Numbered from the whole stretch's first letter, positions 11,801 to 22,224 are shown. The stretch is 62,195 nt of DNA, filler included, from 8 parts of 8 records of this genome joined end to end with filler, not necessarily neighbours in it; one strand, 5' to 3'. Numbers and translations are program-made. Notes: a model not told the origin generated them from the sequence alone.

Positions 11801-12244
11801 TACCCCAGGTAAAGGAACACCACTAACGGCATCTGTAACAATACCTTTTATTTGGGCTTGCTGCGAAGCACTAATAAAGTTTTTAGGTGCGACTACAATC
11901 AATTGATCGTCTAACATTAAATAACTAATATCTGTATTCTCAAAAGCCTCAGATAAAACTTCATCTAAAGTGAAATCCTTCACATCAAGGTTTACGTAGC
12001 TTGATTTAATATAATCAGAACGATAAAGAAATTTGTATTGGCTTTCAGATTCAATCTTATCAAGGAGTTCCTGGACTTGAATTTTTTGAGCATTTATAGT
12101 AAAAAGCTCATTTTGCGAATAAACTTTGGCACTGATTTGAATCAAGTTTAAACACAGCAGAAATGTAATTAATTTCATGACAATAATTGTTTTTTTGAGG
12201 CAGAACTTTCCCCTATCCCGCTCAATAATTAAGAGTTTTTTCAT
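8877..12244 (-). CDS. SusC/RagA TonB-dependent receptor with N-terminal STN domain, split by a frameshift near 10390
   Basis: Two overlapping ORFs (10361-12244, 8877-10367); EVVVIGYG, ILKDASAAAVYGSRSANGVI; C-terminal F. Confidence 0.9.
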
Positions 12245-12291
12245 AATTTTGGTAATTGAAATTCGACTTAAAGAATTTTTTAATTAACACT

Positions 12292-12322
12292 AAACGGGGA
12301 ATGTTGCGACCATTTCCCGTTT
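12292..12322 (-). promoter_or_regulatory. Hairpin in the fecR-susC leader (attenuator/terminator-like)
   Basis: AAACGGGGAATG / CATTTCCCGTTT inverted repeat about 50 nt upstream of the susC start. Confidence 0.45.
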
Positions 12323-12386
12323 TTTAATTTTATTAAAAAGTTTAGGTTTTAGTATTTTTTACATAGGCATATAGTTTAGTTGATGA

Positions 12387-13496
12387 TTAATAATTCATTT
12401 TTGTTATCACGATTACATTTTTTTTCATTTGGTATTGAAACGGTGTCGCTATCCGAAGGGCATTTAAAGCCTGTTCAACAGATTCTTTCTCGAAAATCCC
12501 GGAAAGCAAAACATTTGCTAACTCCTCATCGATAATTTCGATTTCAACATCATACCAGCGTTCCATTTTTTTAGCTATGTCAGAAAATCTTTCATCCCGA
12601 AAAACCAGCAAATTGTCTTTCCAGGAAATAAACGTATTTATTGCTGCATCATTTTTAGAAGATGTTGCTAATTCCGGGGTTGGTTTTAAAGTCGTTGAAA
12701 CTTTTTTTATGTCTGCTACGGCAATGGTTTTATTTTCTCTCTGAAAAGTTGCTTTTTGATATGGTTTTAGTTTTAATAATCTGTTTTTTGAAATTATTTC
12801 TTTGTTACTCGAATAGATTTCAATTGAACCAGAAACCAATAGTGTCTGCACTGTTTGTTCTTCATTATATGCTTTTACATTAAATTCTGTACCCAAAACT
12901 CGTATAGTGATGTCTTTAGTTTTAACCAAAAATGGGTGGGCAGAATCTTTTTTTACATCAAAAAATGCTTCTCCTTCGAGATAAACATTTCTTGAAATAC
13001 TATCGAATTTTGCCGGATAACGTAAAATGCTACCAGAATTTAAGTTAACAACCGATCCATCTGGTAATTTTACCTTTGTTTTAGAACCATAAGAAACTGT
13101 AACCTCGTTATTAGATAACATGTGAAAGTTGCCATTATCATACTGTTTTTCTAACGTGTATGAACCTCTTATCAACCACCCTAATCCTAAAGAAAAAATA
13201 ATGATTGCTGCGTATTTTAAATATGGAAGAATCTTTTTTGAGATACTTAAATGGATTCTATGGTTATCTTTCTGCTTAAGGTTAGATTGTTGCTTAATTT
13301 TTTCTAACATTCTAGAGGTAGGGACTTCGATGTTTTCATAATCAGTGTCATTCCATTTCTTTTTAATAACATTGTATAAATCGGAATCGTTATCCTCTCT
13401 CTGGATTAGTGAATATAGTTCTTTTGTCTCTTCAGCTGTAAGTTTCTTTTCTTTGAACTTTCTTATTAGATCTTGTATGTTATTTTCTTTATTCAT
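12387..13496 (-). CDS. FecR-family anti-sigma factor
   Basis: TM segment, LPDGSVVNLNSGS, VYLEGEAFFDV, VLGTEFNV; lies between ECF sigma and SusC. Confidence 0.93.
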   Translation of the reverse strand: MNKENNIQDLIRKFKEKKLTAEETKELYSLIQREDNDSDLYNVIKKKWNDTDYENIEVPTSRMLEKIKQQSNLKQKDNHRIHLSISKKILPYLKYAAIIIFSLGLGWLIRGSYTLEKQYDNGNFHMLSNNEVTVSYGSKTKVKLPDGSVVNLNSGSILRYPAKFDSISRNVYLEGEAFFDVKKDSAHPFLVKTKDITIRVLGTEFNVKAYNEEQTVQTLLVSGSIEIYSSNKEIISKNRLLKLKPYQKATFQRENKTIAVADIKKVSTTLKPTPELATSSKNDAAINTFISWKDNLLVFRDERFSDIAKKMERWYDVEIEIIDEELANVLLSGIFEKESVEQALNALRIATPFQYQMKKNVIVITKMNY

Positions 13497-13590
13497 GATT
13501 ATCGTCTAAAAGGTAGTGTCTTAATTAAAATTTTTCCGTGAAGCGAAAAATCATTTTTTTTAGCTTTCTATTATGACGAGTAAAATAGAA

Positions 13591-14144
13591 TTATCCTGGA
13601 TTTTTATAATGCAATAATTGTTTTCGAAGAAAGTCAAGGGCGTTTCTTATTTGGCTGTCTACAGTATTTTCAGAAATGTCCAGTTTTTTTGAAATTTCTT
13701 TATAACTAAGACCAGAAAATCTACTTAACAGAAAAATTTCTTTTCTTCTTTCCGGAAGTTCATCAATTAGTTTAGTAAGTTTTTCTTCAAGTTCCCTGAA
13801 ATGAACATCATCATCGGTAATAAATGCAAAATCGTGATTCTTATGAATGCTGTATTCAACAAATGCATTAAAACGGATTTTTTGTTTTATTATATCATAA
13901 ACCATATGTCTTGTAATCCCAAAAAGGTAGGCTAAGAAAGTAGATGATATTTTTATTTTTTTCTCTGATCCCAGATTGATAAGAAAACATTTTGGACTAG
14001 TTCTTCAGCATCTAGCGAATCTGGAAGTAGTTTTAATGAAAATGCATATACCTTTTTGTGATATTTAATAAATAATTTTTCAAATGCATTCGAATCATCC
14101 TGGCGCAATAATGATAAGAGTCTTTTATCTTCTGATGATTCCAT
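13591..14144 (-). CDS. ECF sigma-70 factor (Bacteroides expansion type), frameshifted at the poly-A near 13956-13963
   Basis: N-half AFEKLF...AEELVQNVFLSIW; C-half LPERRKEIFLLSRFSGLSYKEIS...TVDSQIRNAL. Confidence 0.88.
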
Positions 14145-14410
14145 TTAAAAATTTTTTATACTATAAGAATGAAAAATCATCTTATAGACACCTGTACTTA
14201 GTTTCTTTATAATTATCACAAAAATTGGCCTAAAATAATAATTTATAAAGCAATGTGAATTACCATTTTTTTTAAATAAACATTAATTCTTGATTAATTC
14301 AGCTAGAAGGNNNNNNNNNNNNNNNNNNNNNNNNNNNNNNNNNNNNNNNNNNNNTTAATTAATTAANNNNNNNNNNNNNNNNNNNNNNNNNNNNNNNNNN
14401 NNNNNNNNNN

Positions 14411-15376
14411 TGCAAACTACCTGATACGTTTGAAAAAAATCTCAAAAACGACAATTTAATTTTTCCAATAATCGACCTTCCATTTAATCCTTACCGGAAC
14501 TCATTGTACGACAAAAATACCTTGTTAGGTGAATACAAACTGGGGGAACCAGGGAGCTACGAAAAAACGTTGGACAAAATAGTTTATAACCACTATGTAA
14601 ATCATGGTAAAGAAGCTACTGATATAAAAGAAACCTTATCAAGAAGGTTGCACGACCATGCCATTACAGACGCCCTTTATGACTTCCTTGAAAATTACGA
14701 AGAAAGAAAAATTGTTGCCATCATGGGTGGACATAGCCTGCTACGCAATGATTACAACTACCTCGAAGTAGCTAAAATAAGCAAACATCTAACAGAATTG
14801 GGGTATTTAATGATTTCAGGTGGTGGGCCGGGCGCTATGGAGGCAACGCATGTAGGCGCATGGTTTGCTGGAAAAAACATAAACTTGTTAACTTCTGCAA
14901 TCAATACATTATCTGCAGCTCCCAGCTATAGAGACAAATTATGGCTCGATAAAGCATTTGAGGTAATAAGTAATTATCCAGACCATAATTACGAGAGCCT
15001 TGGAATACCAACATGGCTATATGGGCACGAGCCACCAACACCTTTTGCAACAAAAATTGCGAAATACTTTGCCAACAGTGTTCGTGAAGATGGTCTACTC
15101 GCTATCGCTAAAGGTGGTGTTGTATTTGCGCCGGGTAGTGCAGGAACCATCCAGGAAATATTCCAGGATGCCACACAAAATCATTACGAAAGCTTTGGTT
15201 ATGCAAGTCCCATGGTATTTTTTAATAGCGAATACTGGACAAAGGATCGCCCAATCTATCCTCTATTAAGTGAATTAACAAAAGAAGGAAAATACAAAAA
15301 CCTCATTCTATCCATTTTTGATAAAAGCGAAGATGTTGTCCCTGAAATTTTGAAGTTTACTTCAGAAAAAAAGTAA
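14411..15376 (+). CDS. LOG/SLOG-family Rossmann-fold nucleotide-binding protein (5' partial)
   Basis: Frame open from contig start; IMGGH, SGGGPGAMEA, PGSAGTIQEIF. Confidence 0.8.
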   Translation, partial: CKLPDTFEKNLKNDNLIFPIIDLPFNPYRNSLYDKNTLLGEYKLGEPGSYEKTLDKIVYNHYVNHGKEATDIKETLSRRLHDHAITDALYDFLENYEERKIVAIMGGHSLLRNDYNYLEVAKISKHLTELGYLMISGGGPGAMEATHVGAWFAGKNINLLTSAINTLSAAPSYRDKLWLDKAFEVISNYPDHNYESLGIPTWLYGHEPPTPFATKIAKYFANSVREDGLLAIAKGGVVFAPGSAGTIQEIFQDATQNHYESFGYASPMVFFNSEYWTKDRPIYPLLSELTKEGKYKNLILSIFDKSEDVVPEILKFTSEKK

Positions 15377-15402
15377 TTATTTAATTCAACATTCCCCTCA
15401 TG

Positions 15403-15550
15403 CGGACAATGAGGGTGCCTAAAAAAATCAATCGCAGAAAACATCTCAAACTCCGATCGATGCAACAACAGACTGACATTCAAGGTTATTTGAACGAAGT
15501 CGAGAACATTTATATTGAAACACATACTTTTTGGACACCCTCGTTGTCTG
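15403..15550. mobile_element. MITE-like element with imperfect terminal inverted repeats
   Basis: CGGACAATGAGGGTGCCTAAAAA (15403-15425) versus reverse complement CAGACAACGAGGGTGTCCAAAAA (15528-15550); non-coding interior. Confidence 0.5.
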
Positions 15551-15711
15551 TACAGAAATAGCAAGATGGCTTTGATTTAGAAACGGGCGACAACTCTGCA
15601 TCAACTAGGGTCTTAAACCTTCGTTTAGTCAGTTTGTTAATTTAAGTAGAGCAGAAATTTAAAATGATAATATTATCAATCAACATTAGCTTAAACCAAT
15701 AGATAAAACGT

Positions 15712-16569
15712 ATGACCCGGGATATAATTGACATAAATGATTTTACTGTTCTTGTTGAGACTGCTAATTCAGAAGAACCCATAGAAGATTCTTGTTATTT
15801 TGAAGAACCATTGATAGCAGTGGCATTTTATGGTTCTGGAAATGTGAATTTAAAAATAGAATATGGTAATAAAGAAAAAGAGTATAACCATACAAAAGGT
15901 CTTGTTCTATCATTCTTTGCAGACGAAAAAGTAAAATTCACCCATCACGTCTCTGCCAAAAAACCGTTGGAATGCATCGTAATAGCCACTTCTATTGGAA
16001 TACTCGACAAGCTACCGAATAAAGAAGGAGAATTATTTGCAGAGATGCTTGATGTTTTAGTTAATCCTGCCGACCATTTTGTTATTGGCCCCAGTTTTTA
16101 CATGACACCAGAAATACAGTCCATAGTAGATCAAATTTTCAATAACCAATTTAAAGGAAAAGCAAAGATGCTTTTTTTCAAAAGCCAGATAACTTCCCTC
16201 CTCGGACATTTTTTTGGTCAATTATCATTAGTTTCTGAAAACACAATCCCCAATGATGAAAGAAAACAGCTTCATAAAGCAAAAGAAATATTAAATCAGA
16301 ACCTTGAAAATCCCCCTACCCTCTCTGAATTATCTATTGAAATAGGTATCAATACATTTAAACTGAAAAAGAACTTTAAAGAATTATTTGGAGTGCCTGT
16401 TTTTAAATACCTGCAAAACGAACGGCTCAATAAAGCGCATCATATGCTTTTGGAAAAACAAATGGGTGTGCAGGAAGTAGCCTGGCATGTAGGTTACGAT
16501 AGCTTGGGTTCGTTTTCCAATGCTTTTGCTAAAAAATTTGGCTTTCGTCCGAGCAATATCCGTACTTAA
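15712..16569 (+). CDS. AraC-family transcriptional regulator
   Basis: C-terminal double HTH: PTLSELS...LKKNFKELFG...VQEVAWHVGY...FSNAFAKKFGFRPS. Confidence 0.92.
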   Translation: MTRDIIDINDFTVLVETANSEEPIEDSCYFEEPLIAVAFYGSGNVNLKIEYGNKEKEYNHTKGLVLSFFADEKVKFTHHVSAKKPLECIVIATSIGILDKLPNKEGELFAEMLDVLVNPADHFVIGPSFYMTPEIQSIVDQIFNNQFKGKAKMLFFKSQITSLLGHFFGQLSLVSENTIPNDERKQLHKAKEILNQNLENPPTLSELSIEIGINTFKLKKNFKELFGVPVFKYLQNERLNKAHHMLLEKQMGVQEVAWHVGYDSLGSFSNAFAKKFGFRPSNIRT

Positions 16570-16607
16570 TCCTTTTCGAATAAATCTTGCTCCTTTTCCG
16601 ATAAATC
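16570..16607 (+). promoter_or_regulatory. Putative AraC operator (direct repeat, 21-bp period)
   Basis: TCCTTTTCGAATAAATC and TCCTTTTCCGATAAATC, 21 bp apart, directly upstream of the next operon. Confidence 0.55.
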
Positions 16608-16658
16608 AAACCACCGATTATTGCGGAGCTTTGTGTCAGTAATTTAAAATTAAAAGTT

Positions 16659-17060
16659 ATGAACAAAGTAAGAGCAATCATTATCGGAAGTTTAATCTGG
16701 ATTCTTGGAGCAAGTTTCTACACTGCTTCATTCCTTCTACCCTTTTTAGACAATAAAGAACTTCAGGCTGATTTAATACTGGCCATTGCCATAATTCCAA
16801 ATGCATGGCTGGGAGCAAAAATTTACTATCGGAAAGGAAGCCGCTTACACGGAATACATGTTGGTCTCATAGTACTTCTCACGGCAATAATGTTGGATGC
16901 TTTAATAACGGTTCCCCTTTTCATTATCCCGTATGGAGGTAGTTTTAAAAGCTTCTTTGGCGCTCCTTCTTTTTGGTTAATCGCATTGGAATATATACTA
17001 GTAGTTTATGCATACTGGAGAATAAAAATAAAAACTCTACTAATCAGTACTGCGCAATAA
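16659..17060 (+). CDS. Small 4-TM membrane protein (DUF5367-like)
   Basis: Four hydrophobic segments; LDALITVP motif. Confidence 0.6.
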   Translation: MNKVRAIIIGSLIWILGASFYTASFLLPFLDNKELQADLILAIAIIPNAWLGAKIYYRKGSRLHGIHVGLIVLLTAIMLDALITVPLFIIPYGGSFKSFFGAPSFWLIALEYILVVYAYWRIKIKTLLISTAQ

Positions 17061-17131
17061 TTTACCCCTACTTCTTTATTAGTTAAAAACATCGTATTCG
17101 AAATCATTTATTCAAACAAAAGATAATTTAT

Positions 17132-17626
17132 ATGGAAATTTCAAACAAAAACCTCGTGTTATTCGCAGCTATAGTTCTTACCGGACTATCTGCAGGTTTG
17201 TTCTACGCATGGAGAATCTCAGTAATTCCCGGAACAAAACGGGTTAACGATCTCACCTACATACAGGTGATGCAACAGGTCAATAGGGCAATTATCAACC
17301 CGGCATTTATGCTGCTTTTTATAGGTTCGCTATTTATCCAGGCTATAAGTGTTTTTCAACATAGAAACACAACCGCATTTTGGATTTTATTGGCGGCAGT
17401 TATAACGTATTTTGGGGGAACAATACTTGTTACAATACTCGGCAATGTGCCGCTTAACAACTCCCTTGACAGTTTAAAAGTAAGTGGTATGTCTCCCGAA
17501 CAGCTTGCCCAACGCAGAAACAACTACGAAATAAAGTGGAATAAACTACATGCCATACGAACGCTATTCGCAATTGCATCATTTATTCTACTCTTAGCAG
17601 GACAATTTACAAATCGGGTTAATTAA
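17132..17626 (+). CDS. DUF1772 / anthrone oxygenase-like membrane protein
   Basis: GLSAGLFY, MQQVNRAI, GNVPLNNSL, WNKLHAIRT. Confidence 0.85.
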   Translation: MEISNKNLVLFAAIVLTGLSAGLFYAWRISVIPGTKRVNDLTYIQVMQQVNRAIINPAFMLLFIGSLFIQAISVFQHRNTTAFWILLAAVITYFGGTILVTILGNVPLNNSLDSLKVSGMSPEQLAQRRNNYEIKWNKLHAIRTLFAIASFILLLAGQFTNRVN

Positions 17627-17657
17627 CATCAATTCATAAATATTTAAAATTAAAACA

Positions 17658-18500
17658 ATGAAAAGTAATGTATTAGTAATCGGTGGAAACGGCAAAACCG
17701 GAAGAAAAGTAGTTAAAAATCTACAAAATTATGATGTCAATGTAAGAATTGGCTCACGAAATGCAACACCAGCTTTTGATTGGCTGGATAGCAACACGTG
17801 GAAATCTGCATTGAAAGCAATGGATAAAGTTTATATTACCTATCAACCAGACCTTGCTGTGCCAGGTGCTCTCGAAGCAATTGAAAGATTGACCAATGAA
17901 GCAAAAAGACAAGGTGTAAAAAAACTGGTATTACTATCAGGTATTGGAGAAAAAGAAGCACAACTTAGCGAACAGGTTGTAATTAATTCAGGTCTGGACT
18001 ACACGATTGTTCAAGCCAGTTGGTTTATGCAAAATTTTAGTGAAGGCTTCTTTATTGAGCCAATTTTGGCCGGACATGTTTCTTTACCAAAAGCAGATGC
18101 CAAAGTACCTTATATAAGTACTGATGACATTGCTGAGGTTGTTACTGCTTCATTAATGAACGATGAGCATAATGGTAAAGTATACCGCCTAACAGGCGCC
18201 AGACAATTAACTTTTGTTGATATAGTTCAGGAAATCTCAAAAGAAGTTGGACGGGAAATTATATTTTCTCCAGTATCACTTGATGTGTACAAGAACATGC
18301 TCGAAGAATTTCAGGTACCAGCAGATGTAATCTGGTTAATTAATTACCTGTTTACACAAGTCCTTGGTTCTGATGAAAACAACAGAATATCCAATGACGT
18401 TGAAAAAGTTCTTGGCAGAAAACCCCAGGATTTTACTGAATATGTTAAAAACACGGCTGCAACTGGTGTTTGGAACACCCAGGTTAAACAAATTGTATGA
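17658..18500 (+). CDS. NmrA-family NAD(P)H-binding protein
   Basis: GGNGKTG Rossmann motif, WFMQNF, DDIA. Confidence 0.88.
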   Translation: MKSNVLVIGGNGKTGRKVVKNLQNYDVNVRIGSRNATPAFDWLDSNTWKSALKAMDKVYITYQPDLAVPGALEAIERLTNEAKRQGVKKLVLLSGIGEKEAQLSEQVVINSGLDYTIVQASWFMQNFSEGFFIEPILAGHVSLPKADAKVPYISTDDIAEVVTASLMNDEHNGKVYRLTGARQLTFVDIVQEISKEVGREIIFSPVSLDVYKNMLEEFQVPADVIWLINYLFTQVLGSDENNRISNDVEKVLGRKPQDFTEYVKNTAATGVWNTQVKQIV

Positions 18501-18715
18501 CATAATATATAAACAGAATAATATTGAGTTTGTCGAAACATTCAAATAACTAAAAAAATGAACCTACAACATTTCTCTTAGGATATTTATTCTTGAAATA
18601 AACAGAATAACCATCCATTTACGAACAAACTTATGATACACCCAGTATCATAAGTTTTGTATTTTTGGCCCCATTATTAATTAAAACACTTTTATAATTT
18701 GCAAACAAGAAAAAT

Positions 18716-19659
18716 ATGAATAACAAAAAAATATACCTATCAAGAATATTCCCGGGAATTGGTGAAGAATTATTAAAAAAAGCTGGATTTGAAGTAAATG
18801 TATGGCCAGAGGAAAGACCTATGACCCAAGAAGAGTTAATTGTAAAAGCAAAACAAAACGACGCATTATACTGCACAGTAACAGATAAAATAGACAAAAA
18901 ATTCCTGCATAAATGCTCCCACCTTGATGTTATTTCACAGTTCGCTGTAGGATTTGATAATATTGATGTTGCTGAAGCTACCAAGCTGGGAATACCTGTT
19001 GCCAATACCCCAAATGCCATGACAAATGCTACGGCGGATATTGCCTTCGGATTGTTAATAGCTACCTCCCGCAAAATGTTCTATTTACATAAAAAAATAA
19101 TTAACGGAGAATGGAAATTCTTTAACCCGAATGCTAATCTTGGCCAGGAATTAAAAAACAAAACATTGGGAATTTTTGGTATGGGGCGTATCGGCATTGA
19201 AATGGCCAAACGATGCAAAAGTGCATATAATATGAATATAATATACCATGACCAACGCAAAAATGCAGAGGCTGAAAAATCCCTGGATGCCAAATGGGTT
19301 GACTTTGAAACTCTTTTATCTGAAAGTGATGCTATTTCGGTTCACTGCTCATTAACTCCTGAAACAAAAGAAATTTTCAATAAAGAGGCATTTAGTAAGA
19401 TGAAAAAAACTTCCATTTTTATTAATGCAGCGCGAGGTGGAGTTCATAATGAACCAGATTTAATTGATGCATTAGAAAATGAAACTATATGGGGAGCCGG
19501 ACTGGATGTAACAAACCCTGAACCCATGAAACCAGATAATAAATTGCTATTCATGGAAAATGCTACTGTTCTACCACACATCGGTTCTTCAACTGTTGAA
19601 GCCAGGAATGAAATGTCTCGGTTAGCAGCGGTAAATATAATTGAGTTTTATAAAAATGG
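18716..19659 (+). CDS. D-glycerate/glyoxylate reductase (D-2-hydroxyacid dehydrogenase), 3' partial
   Basis: AVGFDNID, GIFGMGRIG, INAARG, GLDV..PEP, LPHIGS. Confidence 0.9.
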
Positions 19660-19772
19660 NNNNNNNNNNNNNNNNNNNNNNNNNNNNNNNNNNNNNNNNN
19701 NNNTTAATTAATTAANNNNNNNNNNNNNNNNNNNNNNNNNNNNNNNNNNNNNNNNNNNNTTTCTTACTATTG

Positions 19773-19965
19773 AGGGTATTACGGACATCTATGTGTAAAT
19801 GTACGCTAAGGTTTTTTTGATGTAAAAGCAAACACTTGAAAGGGTTATCAAATAAAAACCACTGATATTTCTATAAGAAAAGTATCAAAACAAGTCGGAT
19901 CTATGGGTTTTCATCTAATGCGTTTGGCTTAGCGTACATTTACATGCGAAAGTCCTCAATACCCT
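19773..19965. mobile_element. Tn3-family MITE, 193 bp, with 38-bp terminal inverted repeats
   Basis: IRL AGGGTATTACGGACATCTATGTGTAAATGTACGCTAAG (19773-19810) and IRR (19928-19965) match at 30/38; both end in the Tn3-type inner motif ACGCTAAG. Confidence 0.8.
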
Positions 19966-20021
19966 TTATCCCCCCTTCACTTGTTCATATAATCTTACTT
20001 ACCGCACCCCGCCATTACTCC

Positions 20022-20444
20022 CTACTCAGTAAATCCTTTTTCTGACATTTTTTGAGCATTTGTAAAAAGAGCCATACCTGTTTTCATTTTTCTAAAATTA
20101 TTTTTAATGTAAAAACCCTCTTTACCCGGTGATGCGTATAAAATGATATTACATCCAGGTAACTGCTTCAAAATATTTTTAAGAATTATGTTTCCCAACC
20201 CTTTTCCTTGAAACTCAGGATTAACTGCGACATCGTAAACACCTGCTTGGTAAGCACCATCAGAAATGGCCCTGCCAAATCCTATCATACGATTATCCTG
20301 ATAAATGAAAACTGTAACATAACTGTTTTCAAAGGCTTTTTTATGTAAATCTGGATCATGGTATCCCATTTCTACTTTTTTTAGGGTCTCTGTCACAAGT
20401 TTCCAATCTACGTTCAAGCAGTCAAATTTAATTTCTATATCCAT
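20022..20444 (-). CDS. GNAT-family N-acetyltransferase
   Basis: IGFGRAISDG, YDVAVNPEFQGKGLG. Confidence 0.9.
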   Translation of the reverse strand: MDIEIKFDCLNVDWKLVTETLKKVEMGYHDPDLHKKAFENSYVTVFIYQDNRMIGFGRAISDGAYQAGVYDVAVNPEFQGKGLGNIILKNILKQLPGCNIILYASPGKEGFYIKNNFRKMKTGMALFTNAQKMSEKGFTE

Positions 20445-20486
20445 AACACGCCTCCATTTGAATTAAGATTATCTTTTCAAATTCTG

Positions 20487-20936
20487 CTATTTCCAGTTGA
20501 TTAAAAAAATTCCTGCAATCATAGACAGCACACCAGCAATTTTGACAAAAGTAATGGGCTTAACCGGGAGATCGAACCAACCAAAGTGGCTGGCGATTAT
20601 AGCAATTAAAATTTGCCCGGTCAGGGCATAGGACATCATTGGTCCCACACCCATTTTAGGGGTCAGATAATAAAACATACCAACACCAAAGGCACTGAAC
20701 AATCCACCGGTGAACCATAAATAGATTGGTACAGAACGAACAGCTTCTACCTGCGGATAGTGTTGGGTGGATGCTATAACGGCAATCAAGGTGAAAATAG
20801 CACTGCATGAAAAGGCGACAGTCGTTCCGATTAGCGGATTTTTAAGCAATACACCAAGCTGAGCGTGCATACTTACTTGAGTTGCTATGGCTGCACCTGC
20901 CAATAACGATAGGATGGGTAAAAAATTCATTATCAT
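20487..20936 (-). CDS. DMT-family (YdcZ/DUF606) transporter
   Basis: Five TM segments; W..TGG, GQ..IAIIASHFGWF. Confidence 0.85.
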   Translation of the reverse strand: MIMNFLPILSLLAGAAIATQVSMHAQLGVLLKNPLIGTTVAFSCSAIFTLIAVIASTQHYPQVEAVRSVPIYLWFTGGLFSAFGVGMFYYLTPKMGVGPMMSYALTGQILIAIIASHFGWFDLPVKPITFVKIAGVLSMIAGIFLINWK

Positions 20937-20981
20937 GGTTGCCCTCTCTCTTCATTAAGTTACAGACCCAGTGACACTTTT

Positions 20982-21677
20982 TTACGAGCAACTGAATCCA
21001 TTCACGTTATGAAAAGGATATAGGAACACATAACAAAAATCATTTACATAGGTTGATAAGTTAATTTTTTTTCGGATTCGGCTTAGTTGTGTCGGGGTTA
21101 TTCCTAAATGCGATGCAATGTGATACTGGGGAAGGCGATTTGCCAATGAAGCATATTCTTTTAAAAATTTCTTATACCTATAGGCAGCATCGTTTTGAAC
21201 GATATCGATTTCTCTGGTTTCTTTTGGGATTAACCAGTTTTTTTCTAAATAATAGATTTGGAATAATTTCAGATCATGCTTTTCTATCAGCAGCTTTCGA
21301 TATTCTAGAAAATTTATTTCTATAATTGATGATGGTTCCAACGCTTCAATTATAAATTGTGATGGCTCAGCTTTTAATAAAGCTACCATTGAACCAGGAA
21401 AAGTACCTTCATCGAAAAAAATCTTGTTATATTCATTACCACTTTCATCAATAATAAAATTTCTGAATAGACCAGAATAGACAAAAGAAAATGAGTCTGG
21501 TATCTCACCTATTTGATAAAGGATGGTATTTTTATCTAACACCCTAAATGTACAAATTTTTTTTAATGATAACCATGTCTCATTAGAGATTTTTGTGTAC
21601 CCATCCAACACATTTTTTAATGCAGTAAAAGCCTTATTTGTAGCTTCGATAAGCAAAATGCCCCCCAAAAAAAACAA
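20982..21677 (-). CDS. Crp/Fnr-family regulator (true stop probably near 21061, lost at a poly-A run)
   Basis: cNMP-binding domain; QYHIASHLGITPTQLSRIRKK HTH. Confidence 0.88.
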   Translation of the reverse strand: MFFLGGILLIEATNKAFTALKNVLDGYTKISNETWLSLKKICTFRVLDKNTILYQIGEIPDSFSFVYSGLFRNFIIDESGNEYNKIFFDEGTFPGSMVALLKAEPSQFIIEALEPSSIIEINFLEYRKLLIEKHDLKLFQIYYLEKNWLIPKETREIDIVQNDAAYRYKKFLKEYASLANRLPQYHIASHLGITPTQLSRIRKKINLSTYVNDFCYVFLYPFHNVNGFSCS

Positions 21678-21878
21678 TGAAAAAAAGTCCTTATAATACC
21701 AGTGGGTGCTTTAAAAAGTTGACATAAGATCACATATAAAAAACCGCCGCCAAAAGGCGGTTCTCTTATTTATTGGGTTCCTTTAAACAAAGGTACATAA
21801 CCCACCACAGGAATTTCAGATAGTGTCTGGATAAATTGAATTTCCGTAAATTTTCCACTTCCTGTTTTTTCCTTCACT

Positions 21879-22196
21879 CTATACCATTAATTTCGGGGTC
21901 AATATTCCAACGGAATCCCGGAGCTTATCGTCAGAGAAATCATACTCACCAAGTAAATTGATGTGCGCCCAGGCAACAGGGGAATGCGTTTCAATGAACC
22001 GTATGAGATTTTCCCGAATCTGCGCATCTTTTGTTCCGGCGAGTCTATTTGAGAGATACAGATAGTTCCAGCAAATAATACTGTTCTTGATCAGGCGGTT
22101 ACAGGCTTCGGCAATTTCCTGTTCATGCTTCTCGACTTGGGCGAATTCATTGGGGTTGCCAACGGCTACGGCGCGGGTGAATTTGTTGGCCAGTTC
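21879..22196 (-). pseudogene. C-terminal remnant of a Tn3-family transposase, cut at the IS66-like element end
   Basis: ELANKFTRAVAVGN...LIKNSIICWNYLYL...SPVAWAHINLLGEYDF; similarity stops at the GTAA IR (22197). Confidence 0.82.
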
Positions 22197-22224
22197 GTAA
22201 ATATTCAGCTTTACATTTGATAGG

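Noticed and set aside
10361-14144. Frameshifts in susC and ECF sigma (also gajA-like, crp, HMA-araC, gntR, lipoprotein, dinG, malQ, TPM) as phase variation or pseudogenes
   Set aside because: They occur in most contigs, mainly at short homopolymers, in otherwise intact genes. Sequencing indels are the simplest explanation; reads are needed to say more.
14311-14410. N-run with central TTAATTAATTAA, repeated seven times in the window
   Set aside because: Artificial contig linker with stops in all six frames; not a biological repeat. Genes on either side of a linker are not neighbours.
21822-21860. Possible Tn3 terminal IR after the transposase remnant
   Set aside because: Lacks the GGGG end and does not match the MITE IRs; too degenerate to call.
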